A stretch of DNA of 64,000 bases from Chrysomallon squamiferum (GCA_012295275.1 CM022670.1:186001-250000), one strand, 5' to 3'; positions 26,150 through 40,527 are shown, numbered from the stretch's first letter. Numbers and translations are program-made. Notes: generated by a model not told the origin, from the letters alone.

Positions 26150-26920
26150 AATTTTTAAACATTTTGAAATGGAAAAACAAATATTCTCTTTTGATATTTT
26201 TGGAAACAGATGTTTTGGCTAAAAAGAAGATAAAATCAGAGTTGGTTACACTAATTTGTTTAAATCCTACAAGACTCATAAATGTAAAGACATCAGTATT
26301 TTTTTTATAATAAATTTAAAATAGAAAACAAAAATTCTGATTAGTGTTTTTCTGAACAGATGGTTTGTCTGGTTTATTAGATTGAAGATAAAGCTAGAGC
26401 TGGTTACACTCATTTCCCCATGTCCTACAAGACTCATAAAAGTGAAAAAAAGAAAAAGAAAATACCAGCCTTTATAGTATTTTCCAGAAAACAAAAAGGA
26501 AAAATGATTCAGTGTTGTGATTTTCAGAACAGATGGTTTGGCTGGTTGTATTAAACTGAAGATGATAATACAAAGTCCTACAAGACTCATAAATCTAAAA
26601 AGAATATCAAACTTTATAGTATTTTCCAGAAAACAGAATATCAGTGTTATGATTTTCAGAACAGATGGTTTTGCTAGTTGTTTCAGATTAAAGATAGTAA
26701 TATTCTTTTCTTCAGGTCCTCCAAGAATAATAATAATAAAAAATTCAGCATTTATAGTATTTTCAAAAATGAAAAAAAAAAGAGTAAAGATATGACAATT
26801 CAGGTTTGGGATTTTCAGAACAGATGGCTTGGCCAGTTATATGAGGTTCTAGATAAGACCAGCACTAGTAACCATAATGTCTTTTTTTTCTCTCAGTGTC
26901 CTAGGAGTGTCATAAATCTG
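26150..26920. repeat. Decayed tandem repeat, about 150-bp unit, 5 copies
   Basis: TTTT..GAACAGATGG core with CAGATG at 26207, 26357, 26530, 26662 and 26821. TCCTACAAGACTCATAAA recurs in three units. Confidence 0.85.
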
Positions 26921-27069
26921 CTGATATCAGTGTAAGAGTTACTCATAGAAGTGTGGCTTGGTCTGATGGATCAGTTTCAGTACTGATACAATCTGCCTCA
27001 GAGAGATGAGCTGATTCAGAGGCTGAAAAGAAAAATTCTTTATGGTGTATTCCTCAGAGTCTACCCTCT

Positions 27070-27230
27070 GTGATGATATATGTTGTCTCGGTGATGTAGA
27101 AAGACCAACTGAAATGATTTCAAAGTGTTTTCTGCATGATGATATCTGTTGTTATGGTGATAAGGAAAGACCAATTGAAATGATGATATCTTTTGATATA
27201 ATTTATCGTGGTTATGAGGGACAATGATAT
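27070..27230. repeat. Decayed tandem repeat, about 66-bp unit
   Basis: TGATGATAT.TGTTGT...GGTGAT...GAAAGACCAA.TGAAATGAT at about 27071 and 27137. Confidence 0.75.
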
Positions 27231-30200
27231 TTCAGATGATTTTGGGGTTTTTTCTGTAATGGAAAGAAAACTCACTTTTAAATGATTATAAGGTGTGTTC
27301 CATTGTGTATTTTATATAACCATATCTGTTGTCATGACGTCCAACAAAGGACAGTTTTAAAGCTTATATTCTAATCATATTATTAACAATATGCTTTAAA
27401 ACAAATTTTTCTAAATTATAATAACTGAGGCTGTGGTAAAAAAATTTTTTTTTTTTCACTATTTTTATTGAAAATTCTTCATTTTTTTCTTCTTTTTTTT
27501 TTTAATTTTGCAGTTAATAGTTCTTTTTTACTTTTCATTTATATTTTAAAACCATTTTCCATGTTTGCAGCTGTCATTCATAATTTAATTTCAAAGCCTT
27601 TTTTTAAACAATAAATTATACATTTAGATATTTTTTATATTTAACTTGACATATACTGAAATTTTATTACAGAATTCTAAATAAAATATATTAATATAAT
27701 TTTTATTGATAGCCATAATAGCCCTTACAATTTTTTATTTTTGGATATAAAAATTAATATTTTTTCACATTTCTGTTTACAAATTAGCTTCAGAATAAGT
27801 TTTATTTTATTTACATATAAAAAACTTAATTAGAAAGGAAAAAATATATTTTGGTATTTTTATTTAGTCTGGGTTGATATTTAAATTTTAAAATTTTAAG
27901 ATTATATTTTAGAGGATTTAATCACATCTAGGAACTAAATGTCTAAAAAAAGTCATACTTCAAATGTCAAGGAAATTTGTCTGATACAAATGTAACGTGT
28001 AAGCTTCATTCCACAAGTTCAAAGTCTGACGTGAGACCCTGATTTGTTCAGAAAAGTATGTTATCAAGCCGCATAAGAGAAATAAATGCAAAAATAAAAG
28101 ATTTAAAAATACAAAGATATACACTGAGGCAGACAGATAAATGTATGTTTAGAAAAAAAAGACTTTTACATAGACTAGCACAGAGACACTGAGATACAAT
28201 CGCATACATGAATACTGTGATAATACTTGATATTATTAATAAAATTATTAGAATTATTAATGATGACAATAGGAACAACAACAACAATAATCATAATCAC
28301 ATCAACAACAACATCATCATTTTAATTTTTTAAACCTTTTTCAGAAATGGTCAACTTATTTTATTTATTTACTTTTTCTTAAATAACTGCATTTATATTA
28401 TACAGATATATAAACAAATATATACATGTAATATTTAGTTTGTTTTTATACAACACGTATTATCCATGTAATATTTTCTCATATTTAATACTTAGTGTGT
28501 ATAATACTTGATTCTGTTTACTGGGTTTGGAATAACAAACACAACACAAGAAACCCTAGCCACACTGATAACATTAGCTAAACAAATGTTCTTTGTTGTG
28601 TTATTTTCCTTTAGCTTGCACTCATTCACAAACTAACACGGTGTAATATACAGAACAAACATTACTACACAGGATATGACACCCAAGTTGTCTGACAGTT
28701 GCTAAAATGTATCATTTCAATTACCCATGGGTCATTATGTCACTGAAAGGAAATAAAATGTTAACAGTTGTGGTCCAGTGAAAAATGACCTCATTTTCAA
28801 GCTGTGATCATTAGTTCACAATGATAATGGCTGACAGGAAAATGGCAGGAGGAGATCTTTTGGTGTTGGAGGTACATAAAAACAGATCATTTCATTTGTT
28901 TCAGTTTGTTTTATTGTGATGTCGGTCAGGTGATAATGAGCACTGACAAGTGAAAACATTTACGTGCATTAAATGTTTTTAAATATTAGTGTATTAAAAA
29001 CAAGCTTTTTTTTTTTATATAGGAATCAGATGGTTTCATTCATAATAGTAAACTCATTCACATAACCAAAAAAAAAAAAAAAAAAAGAATTCTTTAAAAG
29101 TTATATGTTTATCTTTCTAGTTATTGCTTTCTATTTTTCTCTTATTCATTTTTATGTATGATGTTAATTAACTCTTCACTTTGAAATTATATTATCATGT
29201 AATTATTTTTATTTTATTTTCATTTAATGCAGTCTCTAAATTTTTATGGGTTTTGAAAAAAAATAGTAAATCATTTCCATACAAATATATAAGAGCCATA
29301 ATGATAATGCAACATTTTTAATATAATTCAATTATTCTATTTATACATTAGAACATTTTTTTAAATTTGTTTTCTTTTTTTTTTTTTTCCATCTTGCTGC
29401 CTTTCTTGTTTTCACTATTTTATTTCAATAACATGTTGCTTTCGCTATAAAAACAGTGTTTTATTTAAATTGTACTGTGTTTACAGTAAAACCATGCAAA
29501 GCAATATCAGTATTTAATATAAATAATACATTATTTACAATACATCGACACAAACCATATCAACTTTTATGACCAAATTAACTTGCGAGCGTCACCCCCT
29601 GTTTGAGATGTATTAAATTATCTCCTGGGACGAGGCCTGACTTAATATTTAGATGATAAAACTTGCATGAGTAGAACAAATATTGTCTATTATTTGATTT
29701 GCTTCATTTCTTCTTCCACAGCCTGCAAATCGATCTTTATTTTTTCCCATGATCTGTTAATGTCAGTTTTATACTGAGAATATATTGATAACTTATTCAT
29801 CCAAAAGAAAGTAATTTTCTGCCCAGAGCTTCAAACCTTATACAAACTAAGAACAGCTGAATGACTCTGAATATAAAGACACAACTTATTTGACGTAAAA
29901 TATATTCCTGACGTGAGACAAGGTCAGTGATGTGTAATGAATAAAGGATTTTTTCTCCATTTTTTTCTATCATTTTTTGTGATTTTTTATTATATTTTTT
30001 GAACATTGAAAATCTCTTCTTAATAGACTTTCTACTGATTACCATAAGTATTGTCTGAACAATGAGTTAATTGCAGGAACCAATAATCAAGGTGGTAGTT
30101 GTTTAACTTAAAGGTACTTGACCCAGAAAGCACTGCATGCTTGGAAAATCACATAATAAACATGTAGAACACCTGTACGTGCAGCAAATGTTTTTCAGGA

Positions 30201-31079
30201 AAATTGGGGTGGGGGAATAAAAAAAGAAATTACAGTATTTTAGATACATTATTTTTCTGAGGAATAAATATACTGATTAGTAAACATTAGTAGAAATAAA
30301 TCATTATTTAAAAAACAAAATTTTAATAATTTTTGAATTTTTACTTTTGCATTAATTTTGTTTGTAATTTTGTTTATTTATTTTTATTTTATATATATAT
30401 ATATATATTTGGAAAGAAAGTTTTGAAAAAATACTGATGATAAGAAATTTTGAGATAAATAATTTTGTTATTTTGAAAATAATTACTGAATAATATGTTT
30501 CATACAATATAGAAAAATAGAAAATAAAACAAGAAAGAAAGAAAGAAAGAAAAAATAAATCTAGAAAAAAATTTTGGTTTACAATTTTCAAAAATAAATG
30601 TAATTATTTAATGTGGATGGTTTTGACATTAATATGAATTTATACAATTTATCTTCACATTATGTTAATTAAATGAACCACTAGATGGAATCTTAGCCTG
30701 TCTATATAAGAGGTTAATAAGCACTGACAGGATTGAGCACTTCTTACAGGTAGCTGATAGGTTCAAGTATGTCTTCAATGGAAGATATTTTTATGTATTT
30801 TGTATTATCATTCTTTCCAAATGTGGTTATTACAGATGTTTTTCAGGATTGTTTAATATGACAAATTAAAAAAAGTCTGAAAATATATTATATATCATTC
30901 TATTCTAATTGCAAGATATGCAACAATTTACTAAACTTCCATTTATAGACTCTGAACTAGAATCCTTAGTGTGAAAATTCCATTTTCTGCCAAATTTGGC
31001 AATTGAAAGTGATTAGTGAATTGGGAGAAGGTAATTACCTAACATATGTATGCTACTGATCAAACAAAACAGTTCAATA

Positions 31080-31120
31080 GACCAACAGGTCTTGGGTTCG
31101 AATCCTACTTTCACCTTCCA
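31080..31120 (+). mobile_element. tRNA-like B-box fragment, probably a SINE remnant
   Basis: AGGTCTTGGGTTCGAATCCTA resembles a T-arm/B-box. No A-box or cloverleaf 5' half is recognisable. Confidence 0.35.
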
Positions 31121-32861
31121 TCAAATCTAAGTAGGGAGACACTAATTTATTATACATGTCTGTAACGTCCTAATAACAAACTAGTCTAGGCAGATTATCC
31201 AAGTGTCAGTTTTTAACAATAACTGAATTTATGCTGGCAAAACCTTTCTTCCAAGCCAATGTTATCTTTTCAAGCTGCTTCGTGGTACATTTGGTTGCAA
31301 CTGTTTTAAATATTTAATAAATAGCATTACTAGCTCAACTGTTGCATTTTCTCTGTTCATTATTTTCATTGTATTTAAATTTTTAAAACTCTGAAGAGCA
31401 CTGCTGCTTGGAAGCGACTGATGCAGCCTGGTGTGTACAGATGGCTGTCACATGGGGCAGTTGCACGTGTTTGTGAATAGCCAGTTTTATTAGTCACCAG
31501 GAGACATTTTGAATTTCATCTCATTTATTTCTTCTTCAACTCTTTTTTTTTTTATTTCCTTCATGTGCAACAGTCTTTGGCAGATGATTTTAAAAATCCT
31601 GTTAAATTCTTGAAATAAAAAAAAAGAATTGACAGTGTCAAGAGCATTCCAAACTGTTGACCTTTTCTAACCCCTAGTTTGAGCCTGTGGAGGACTCCCA
31701 GACAAGAACCCTCATGTTTATTGAATGCAGAGACCACTGTAGATGATTGAAGGCACTACAGTGTGACAGAGTCCCACGTTTGTTACAGCTGGTGTCCACA
31801 TTGTTTCTAAATCCACAGCATTAGCCAGTGAGCATGGACCATTATCCCCTTAGTCCTGCTCACCCATTTTTGTCATCATGGAGACATTTTTTTTTTTTTA
31901 ATTTTGCTTTCCTTTCATGAGTTCTTGTGAGAGTGACTGTGTTGCTGGTGTCATCAACATCATCATCATCGTCGTTTGATTTGGCGGCTGATGCTTTGTT
32001 CATCATGCCCCATTGTTACGCATTTCTAGCCTCATCCTATTACAGATATGGCAGCACTCAGAGAATGTCTTTTGTATCAGCATTCAGCTCCATTGTGTTC
32101 ATCAATGCCTCGCTCAATACAAGCATCTTAACAGTGAAAACTGTTTCATTTCATGAGAGAAACCCACAATCAGCTGTCACTAATGAAATGCTGCTGACTT
32201 AAGCTTGGTAGCTGGGTGAATTGCATGCTGCAAGGACCGGAATCCTAACTAATGAATCCATTTATCCTGTCCAACAGTTGCTGAACTCGCAGTCAATGGC
32301 CACATATTGGTCCAATATTTATCTTCTTTTCACGTTAGTTAGAAGCCTGTAACGACACAATGGCTTCCACTGATTTCTTTTGTGACAGTGTCATGAATTT
32401 TGATTGTCACTGCTGATGTTGCAGTTGGCAGTGCAAACAGACATGTTCCTGTTTTGTGGGGTGTTTGGAGCACATGGACAGACACACAGACATGCTTAAT
32501 GCAACATGCAGTTTTCAATAGAGTATAAAGAAAAACAAAATGTTTTTAATAAGATAAATTAAAACACCTTGCAAAATGGTTTTCTGTCACTTATTTTTCT
32601 ATTTTTTGTATTTATCTCATTCTCTGTATCACACTCTATTTCTTCTCTTGTCTTCTTTATTTGTCTTTCATTCTTTCCTTTTCTCAATCTTCTCATTGTT
32701 TATATTTATTTGTTTTCTTACACATTACATCTGATTCTGTTTCCCTGTTTCTGTATTTCACATTTTGATTTGCAAAAATTATCACTGCCCATTTTGCCTT
32801 CTGCAGAAAACTTAATCTTTATAAATGTAATGCATCCCCTTTGTCAGTAATTTATACCTAA

Positions 32862-33330
32862 CTTGTATATAATATTACTGTTCCTGTAGCTTGTATATAA
32901 CTAATATATAATATTACTGTTTCCTGTAGCTTGTATATAACTAATATATACTATTACCATTTCCTGTAATTTGTATACAACTAATATGTAGTGTAACTAT
33001 TTCCTATTGTTTGTATATAACTAATATATAATATAACTGTTTGCTATAGTTTATATATAACTAATATATAATATACTATTTGCTATAGTTTATATGTAAC
33101 TAATATATAATATAACTATTTACTATAGTTTGAATATAAAATAGTCTATAATAATACTATTTGCTTTAGTTTATATATAATTAATTTATAATATTAATAT
33201 TTCCTATAGTCTGTACATAAACTAGTCTATAACATAACTATTCCCTATATTCTGTATATAAACTAGTCTATAATATTACTAATTCCTGTAGTCTTTATGT
33301 AATTAATCTAAAGTATATTACTATTTCCTT
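32862..33330. repeat. 40-bp AT-rich minisatellite TTGTATATAACTAATATATAATATTACTGTTTCCTGTAGC, about 11 copies
   Basis: 40-bp period at 32891/32931, diverging progressively downstream. Confidence 0.9.
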
Positions 33331-36239
33331 TGGACTAAAAGCAACTTGTATACAAGACTCTATTGTTAATTTTGTTGGGCTTTTTTTTTTTTTTTTCAAA
33401 TTCCGTACATCTCGAATTCTCAGGTTTCTTAGAATTTTCATCCCTAACCAACTTTAACAGATGCATGCAACAAGATTTGCTAGGAGAAAATTGAATCAAG
33501 TCTTCAATTTGTGATCTGCCAGGAACTCCCAGCCTGTTGAGTTTTACACAAGTTTCCTCCAAAGTCTTCTCCAACTTTCTGTTACGTATTGTTAAGATTA
33601 TTTCATTTCATGAGAATTATTTCCAATGTGAGCTGACATCCATCAGGACTAATGTTTTCTTTCTTCTTATTTTTCTATTTCCTGAACAGGCTCAAACATG
33701 ACTGGAATAATGTTTCCTTTTTTTTTTTTTTTTTTTAAATTATGTTTTTGTTTTTGTATTTTTTGTTACAATTCTGTTTTTTGCTACTGTGTTGGGATCA
33801 AGGTGGTTGGTGATGGTAATAATATGACATTTTGATATGACATCAGCTGAAGAGAATATCAGTGTGAACTGTGTGGTGAAATATTCACACAAAAATTGTA
33901 TTAGTGTTTGTAGTTTGTTTGAAGTAAAAGTAAATGATGTTAGTTAATAAAAAAGTTACTTCAAATAAGAGCATATATAAATAAACAAGAAAATATACTT
34001 TTTTTTTCACTGATATTCAAAATATTCTCATCTGAAGTTATTGATCTGCTGGTCCATGTATTTTTCTGTTTGTGTGTTGGTGTTTGTATTTGTTTACATA
34101 TGTTTGTATGTGTTTATATGTGTTTATGAATGTTTGTGAATGTTTATATGTATGTTTTTGTATGTGTGTGTTTGTGGTATGTGTATATGTGTGCACTTTA
34201 TATACATATGTATGTTGTTTTTATATGTGCATATGTCTATGTATGTTTGTGTGTGTGTGTGTCTGTGTGTGTGCATTTACATATATTCAAGGTTAAAAAA
34301 ATAAATTCTCCACTTAATTTCATAATTTAAAAAAATTGAAGCTTATGAACTAAGCATGTTGCTATTCAGTTTTCAATCCAATCTTCTCTGCAGTTCGATC
34401 TGTCTGTACAGGAGACATTTAATACAACAGGGGAGACTCCTCCAGTCTCCTTTTTCACTGAACATTTAGCAAAAATGAGCCACACAATTCAACTTGAGGC
34501 CACCTGATGCTGCCACTGCAGTGAAAAGATTTGAAAAAATATTTCATTTCACGACTCTTTTTCTTTTCTCTTCTTCTTCTGTTGTGTAGTTTACAGAGAA
34601 AAACGTTTTTTGCTTTCTGCTTTGTTGATTAAATGGATGAGCTATGCATTTAGCAGATTCACTTTTATTGACTGTGTGGATCATGTGATGGCATTATTGA
34701 ACACATCAAGTCTGTTTGCTTGTTGGAACAGTCTCAATCTTTCACAATATTACTTCATCCTCCATAACATGTATCTCTCCACCGAAAATGTCTTCTGCTT
34801 TTTTTTTTTAAAGAGCTTCATCACAAATATTGAATTTATTCGCCTTATCTGATTGTGAAAATGTCAGGATGAAAAGTGAGCGGTGTGCAGATTACAAGAG
34901 ATGTGAAGTGATTTCATTCTGCTGCTCAGACTGAATCCACTGCTCCTCTGTTTGTCTTGCTCTGTCTTGGTCGCTCAGGCAGTATCAGTCACTAAATCTC
35001 AGTAAAAAAATTATTTTTTACTTTGCCAAACTTGGTTTATTGTGACCTTTTGGATTTTTAGAAATTTAGAAATTTATCAGGAGATGTGTTTTTTTGATAA
35101 ACTGAGACTGAATTCTGTTTGTAGATTGCTTATTTTAGCTTTTCAGAAAGTCATTTCATATGTCTGTGTTTACCCTTATTACAAAATCAGTTGAATTCTG
35201 TGTATTTTACCCTCAACAGAAAAATTATGAGATGTCAGTCTTCAGCCATTGTAAGTTTTGTTATTTATAAAAAAATGTATACAAGTTTGTGTATTTACCC
35301 TAAGTAAGGACTTTGTTTTTACCATTTTATGAACAGAATATGAACAATTTATATCTTTACCATACATAAAGTATTAGTTTAAATGTATGGTTTTGTCCTT
35401 TATAATTAGTTTAAAGTTAGAAAGTTATAATCTGAGTTAGCATGTTGTTTGTATGAGAAGAGTCTGAAACATAAAAAAGCTTGTCCATTAAACATCATCT
35501 GTTAGGTTACGACAGTTGAGTGTGTAGTTTGATTTCCATTGCTGGAAACAATACTGTACTTGCTGAATCATCGATATTATTTTATTATTATCATTATCAT
35601 TATTATTTATTTATTTATTAATTTTATACTGTTCATTTTATTTGTTTGTTTCTATTATATTTTTCCGTCTATCCTCTTCTTTTTCAGTATTATTTTCTTT
35701 CTCCTGAATTTTTACATTTCTTTTTTGCTTTAATTATTTCATCCCTTCTTTTTGATTTCTTTCTAAAATTTCTTCTTTTTTTTTTTCTATAATTATCTTG
35801 ATCTTTTTCGGAGTGTTTTCAGTTTCAACATTTTGTGACATTTTTCTTCTCGTTTTTTTTCTTCATCAATAAATAATTGCTCTTTTGTTTTGCCCTGTCC
35901 TGACAGACATTATTGTTATCAATTTTTATTGCACACGTAGAAAAATGGGCCATCATTGTTGTTTTTAACTCATGCATGGTTTTCAGCAGCCAACTTCATA
36001 AAACAGTATTGATTGTGCTTGCTGCATGGCTTCTCAACATTCAGGGTATTTGTTGTACAATTTATCATGTCCTCGGCTTTGATTTTAGTACTATCGTGGA
36101 GCTCTTCACATCAAGGAGGTAGAAATAGTACCGTATTAAATCCAGATCATGTGACATGGTGGAATTATCTATGATGCAAACTGAATGGATTTTCCATGTT
36201 TTCTCTGGATACATTGCTCATAAAGCAGCAGGAGATAGC

Positions 36240-36440
36240 AGCCATGGATTGAATGCACGGCAAAAAATATTGGCAAACAAATATTCTCGGTTTTCTCGTA
36301 AATCGGAGTGATAGAAAAAAATGGAGTCTGATGTCAGCTTTTAATGGTTGTCTTGACGAGTGTTTGCTGTTGTATCAAAAACCCTGATTGGTTGTCTGAG
36401 ATCATGTTTCGGCCAATGGGCAACCTGTCAGTCAGAAGTT
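36240..36440. promoter_or_regulatory. CpG-retaining block with opposed CCAAT boxes
   Basis: CTGATTGGTT at about 36384 and GGCCAATG at 36411, followed by CTGTCA. Several CpGs. Confidence 0.3.
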
Positions 36441-37957
36441 CAAAACTTGATTTTTTTCAACTTGTCAGTGAATATGTTAGTTTACTCATTTTGATGGTTA
36501 TCAGAGAACTGTAGCAATTTGTAAAATGTAGATCTAGGTTTATTTATTGTGGCTTTGTCTTGCAAAATCTAATAAGTAAGAAGAAAAGCATTCTCATATG
36601 TGTAATATTTACAAGATGTCAAATAAATGTAAAAACTGCTGAATGTGGATGTCGAAGTTATTTCACAAATGTTAAATATTGAAGTTTGTTTTGTTTGTGC
36701 TACCAGAGCACATTGATTACTCTGACATTTATTATGACATGTCAGACATTTGTTATATCTGACTTACATTCTTAACACAAAGCTGTTACATTTCCTCAGT
36801 ACAGTGAGTAACTTGTCTGTACATTTCTGTAATGAAGAAAACATATCCAGTGACTACAAATCAACATAAAAAAATAAAAAAAATAGAGAAAAGGTACAAT
36901 TGTAGTTAGAAGGATTATCAGTAACAAAAAACCCCACCATTTTCCTTGTTTATAAATAATTTGATCATTATAAAACCAGGTACAAAGTAATCTTTAAAAT
37001 ATTTTCAGGCCCAAATATATTTTATTCTGAAGCCAAAGTACAAAAAAAAAAAAAAAATTATAATTAAAAAATTATAATTTTAATTAAAATCCATTAGAAA
37101 TATTTATTGATATGAAGAAATGTTTAAAATGTGTATATTTTAAGAAGACATGACAGAGTGTACTTGAGATGTTCAAGATAACATGATAACTTGTGTTACA
37201 CTGGCAAAAATGAGTCTGAGATTTGTTTGGTCTAAAAACAACATCCACAGTTGAAATATATCTGAAGATTCTTATCTTCATAACAAGAAATGTCATGTTT
37301 AATTATCTGTGTGTTCCAGACTTCACTTCACTGCTTTAATAATGTGGGGTTTTTTTTTCACATTTTCATGTTGTTGGTTTTTTTTTTATTAATTCATCAG
37401 CATGTGTTTTACTATGCTGTAAAGTCAAACATTCATCACAGATATTCTGTAGTAATAAAACTTGTGTAATAATAAAACATATCTCTGTGCAAACAAAGCC
37501 CAAACAGCTGTTGTGCAATAACAAGAAATATTATAAGAATAAAAATACAGAACACTCATAGTCTGTTCTGCAACAACAAAAATACTGTATCTTTGTACAA
37601 AGACCAAACATTCATCCCAGCTGTTACTTCATCAACATGTGTTCCATAATCTTAAAAAGTGCCTGAGTCTTTTTTTTTTGCTCTTTTCCAAAAAAAAAAA
37701 AAATTCCAGTCAATTAAACACAACACATTGATCTTATAAAGTGAAATCTTTTCACTGGCGACTAATGGCTTCTTTGGATATCCACTGTCAGGTTAAGTAA
37801 GCCATGCTGTGTGTGATGGCAGCAGATTAGCTAACCAGGAATGAAAGTCTGGGCTGTGTTTGATCTCGGAGAAGACAGTCCTCATTTCACCTCGGACCTG
37901 TTACATGTATAAATGTTTGATGCTGCAGGGACTCAATTAACTTGCTGCTGACCCTCG

Positions 37958-38070
37958 ACTCACCTTCTCTCCGAAACGCTTCAGCGACTTCGCCACTGCT
38001 TGTCAGTTGCTGTTGCACGCACTTTGCTGTCATTATACATTGGCTGTCACAACCGATTTCATGTGACACG
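37958..38070 (-). other. Candidate minus-strand first exon ending at AAG|GTGAGT
   Basis: CpG-rich block. Plus-strand ACTCACCTT (37958-37966) reads AAG|GTGAGT on the minus strand. Minus-strand CCAAT at about 38043 and ATG at 38033. Confidence 0.35.
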
Positions 38071-38073
38071 GCA

Positions 38074-38630
38074 TTAACCCTTTCTGTGCGAGAACCCTTT
38101 TTGTAAAAAACAACTTTTTATATGATTTGTTTAATGATTGTCTGTGTGTTGTGATTGGTTTAATATTGCAAGGCTTTTTCTTGTACGACCACTTTAATAT
38201 GACAAGGTGTTAACACTTTCTCTGTAAAATCCCTTTTTTTGAATTTTATATGTTTGATGGCAGATTGAAATAAATGGTGCAGATAAGCTGTATGATTGGT
38301 TTAGTATTGTGATATATTAATCCTTTTTCTTGTATAACTATTTTAATATGACAGAAACCTTTTCAAAAAATATTACATCCTATATTCAACTGCATATTTA
38401 AATAATCAGCACAGATCAACAGTATGCTGATTGCTTTAATATTACAGGATATTAACTCTTCTACAGAAACAGTTAAATGTGACATTAATATCAACCCTTT
38501 CTCTGCAAACCTTTTTTTTTTTTATATGAATTTCTGTTTTTAATGAAATAATCAACATTGTCTGTCTCTGTGTTGTGTTTACTTTGATATTGTACTCTTT
38601 CCTTTGTAAAACCATTTTAATATGTTGTTA
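38074..38630. repeat. Decayed tandem repeat, about 140-bp unit, about 4 copies
   Basis: TGATTGSTTTARTATT at 38152, 38293 and 38428. TTTAATATGAC and TTAACCCTTTC motifs recur. Confidence 0.7.
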
Positions 38631-38818
38631 TTTTTTGTAGTAACATCTTGTCTGTGATTTTAATATGTCAAAAAATTAACATTTTTTTTTAGGAAATATT
38701 TTTAAAAAAATGGCTTAGTTTTTCTGTACATACTTTGATGTTATTATGATTTTATTTGTCATTGACAACCATTTCTATGTGATGTGACATTAACCAGTTC
38801 TCTGATAAAACATTAAAA

Positions 38819-38859
<41 letters not shown>

Positions 38860-40527
38860 TGACAACTTGGAAAATATTTGGATATTGTTAGTAAAGTTAT
38901 TTATGACACAGTGTTAACCCTTTCTCTGGTGGACTTCTAAACAAATGATCAAACTGCCCTGACAGCTTATTACTCTTTTATTTGTCCACAGTTATCACTT
39001 ACATTGTTGTTGGGTTTTTTTAGAGGACATTTTAATGATGTTACTTCAATCTTTTTCGTGACAGACATTTAAAATATATAATTATCAGTTTTTGATTAAA
39101 CTGCCATGACAGTGGTGAACTGTCAGCTTCCATACTGATGCTATTTTTTATTGTAAAGACTAATTATTGTAACCGTTATCACTGTCAAACTTTTTATATA
39201 AAATTCTATATTTCACGGAACTGCCCTCACAGTCTCATACTGTCAGTTACTGTTGCTCTCACACTGATGTGATGATTGCTATCTTTTAACTCTTTTAAGT
39301 GACAGCACATTAACCCTTCCACTGGTAACATTTCTGTGTGGATAAGGATAATATGCAGTTTTTAATGAAGTTGGCCCAACTCTTCAATTTTGTGTCATGT
39401 CTGGTATCTCTGTGCTGTGGCAGGTTTAATGTGACATTTCAGTCAAGTATTAACCCCGTCACTGACACAACTTTTTGAGAGAAGGGTCAGTTAGGAGTAG
39501 AGATAACAGCCATCTTTAGCAGAACTGACCAGACTTTTCAAAGTGGTCAGCATGATCCACTGATTTCTGTCTTTGTACTGTGACTGGTTTAATACTGATT
39601 GTCCATCAAGTGTTTTTAAATTTATGTTATTTTTATTACTACTACTACTCCTACTACTATTACAATTATTTTTATTTTATTTTATTTTATTTTATTTAGT
39701 TATTTATTTATTCATTCATTCATTCATTCATTCATTCATTTATTTATATTGGATGGGGATGGAGAAGGAAGACTGTATTTTTCTATTTTATAATAATAAA
39801 GTCTTTAGATTAATTCCAAATTTTTATGTCAAACACAAATATGAATTTAAATAAAACTGGAAAAAAAAAATAAAAAAATAACATAAATAAAAATTTTTGT
39901 TTTTAAATTTAATTTAAATAATATGCATGCATAAAATAATAAAAATTTAATAACATGCATCCATGATATAATCAATGTAAATTTAAATAAAATGCATGTA
40001 TAACATAATAAACATAAATTTAAATAAAATGGAGCCAGAATATAGTAATCACAAATTTAAATACATTTCATGCACAAATTTAATAAACATGAATTTAAAT
40101 AAAATGAATATCAATGATGTAAATATGAAACTAAATAAAGTGGATCCATAGTATTATGACAAACTTGAGTTATAACATTAATTTATATGAAATAAAATGA
40201 TACAGTTGTAACAGGTTCTTATTGTAATTTATTTAATTATTCATTTATATATTATTATTTTTATTTATTTTATTTTATGATTATTTTGATTCCACACTGA
40301 TAAGCAGCCCAGTAAACTAATACTGACAAGTTTTATTCTTTGAGGATGTGAATCTTTATTTAAAAATCAACATGAGAAGTGTGGAGGTGATGTCGGTCAC
40401 TTTGATTTGATTGTTAATAAAACACAGCAGTCTGCTGTCAGTGCTTTCTTACAACAAATCAGTCAGAGAAGAAACCTGCAGTAGTAACAAGATGTCCCCT
40501 CTCCTATTGGTTTCACCTTCGTAAAGG

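Noticed and set aside
31080-31120. Possible tRNA gene (GGTTCGAATCC)
   Set aside because: No D-arm/A-box or acceptor stem can be built, so it is treated as a SINE remnant.
31860-32006. Minus-strand small ORF MMNKASAAKSNDDDDDVDDTSNT...KKKK that looks protein-like
   Set aside because: The acidic and basic runs come from an (ATC)n tract and a T13 homopolymer. An in-frame stop lies just upstream and I recognise no homology.
34429-34456. GGAGACT-cctcc-AGTCTCC hairpin followed by a T-run, like a rho-independent terminator
   Set aside because: Eukaryotic DNA with no upstream gene. A 7-bp stem is expected by chance in 64 kb.
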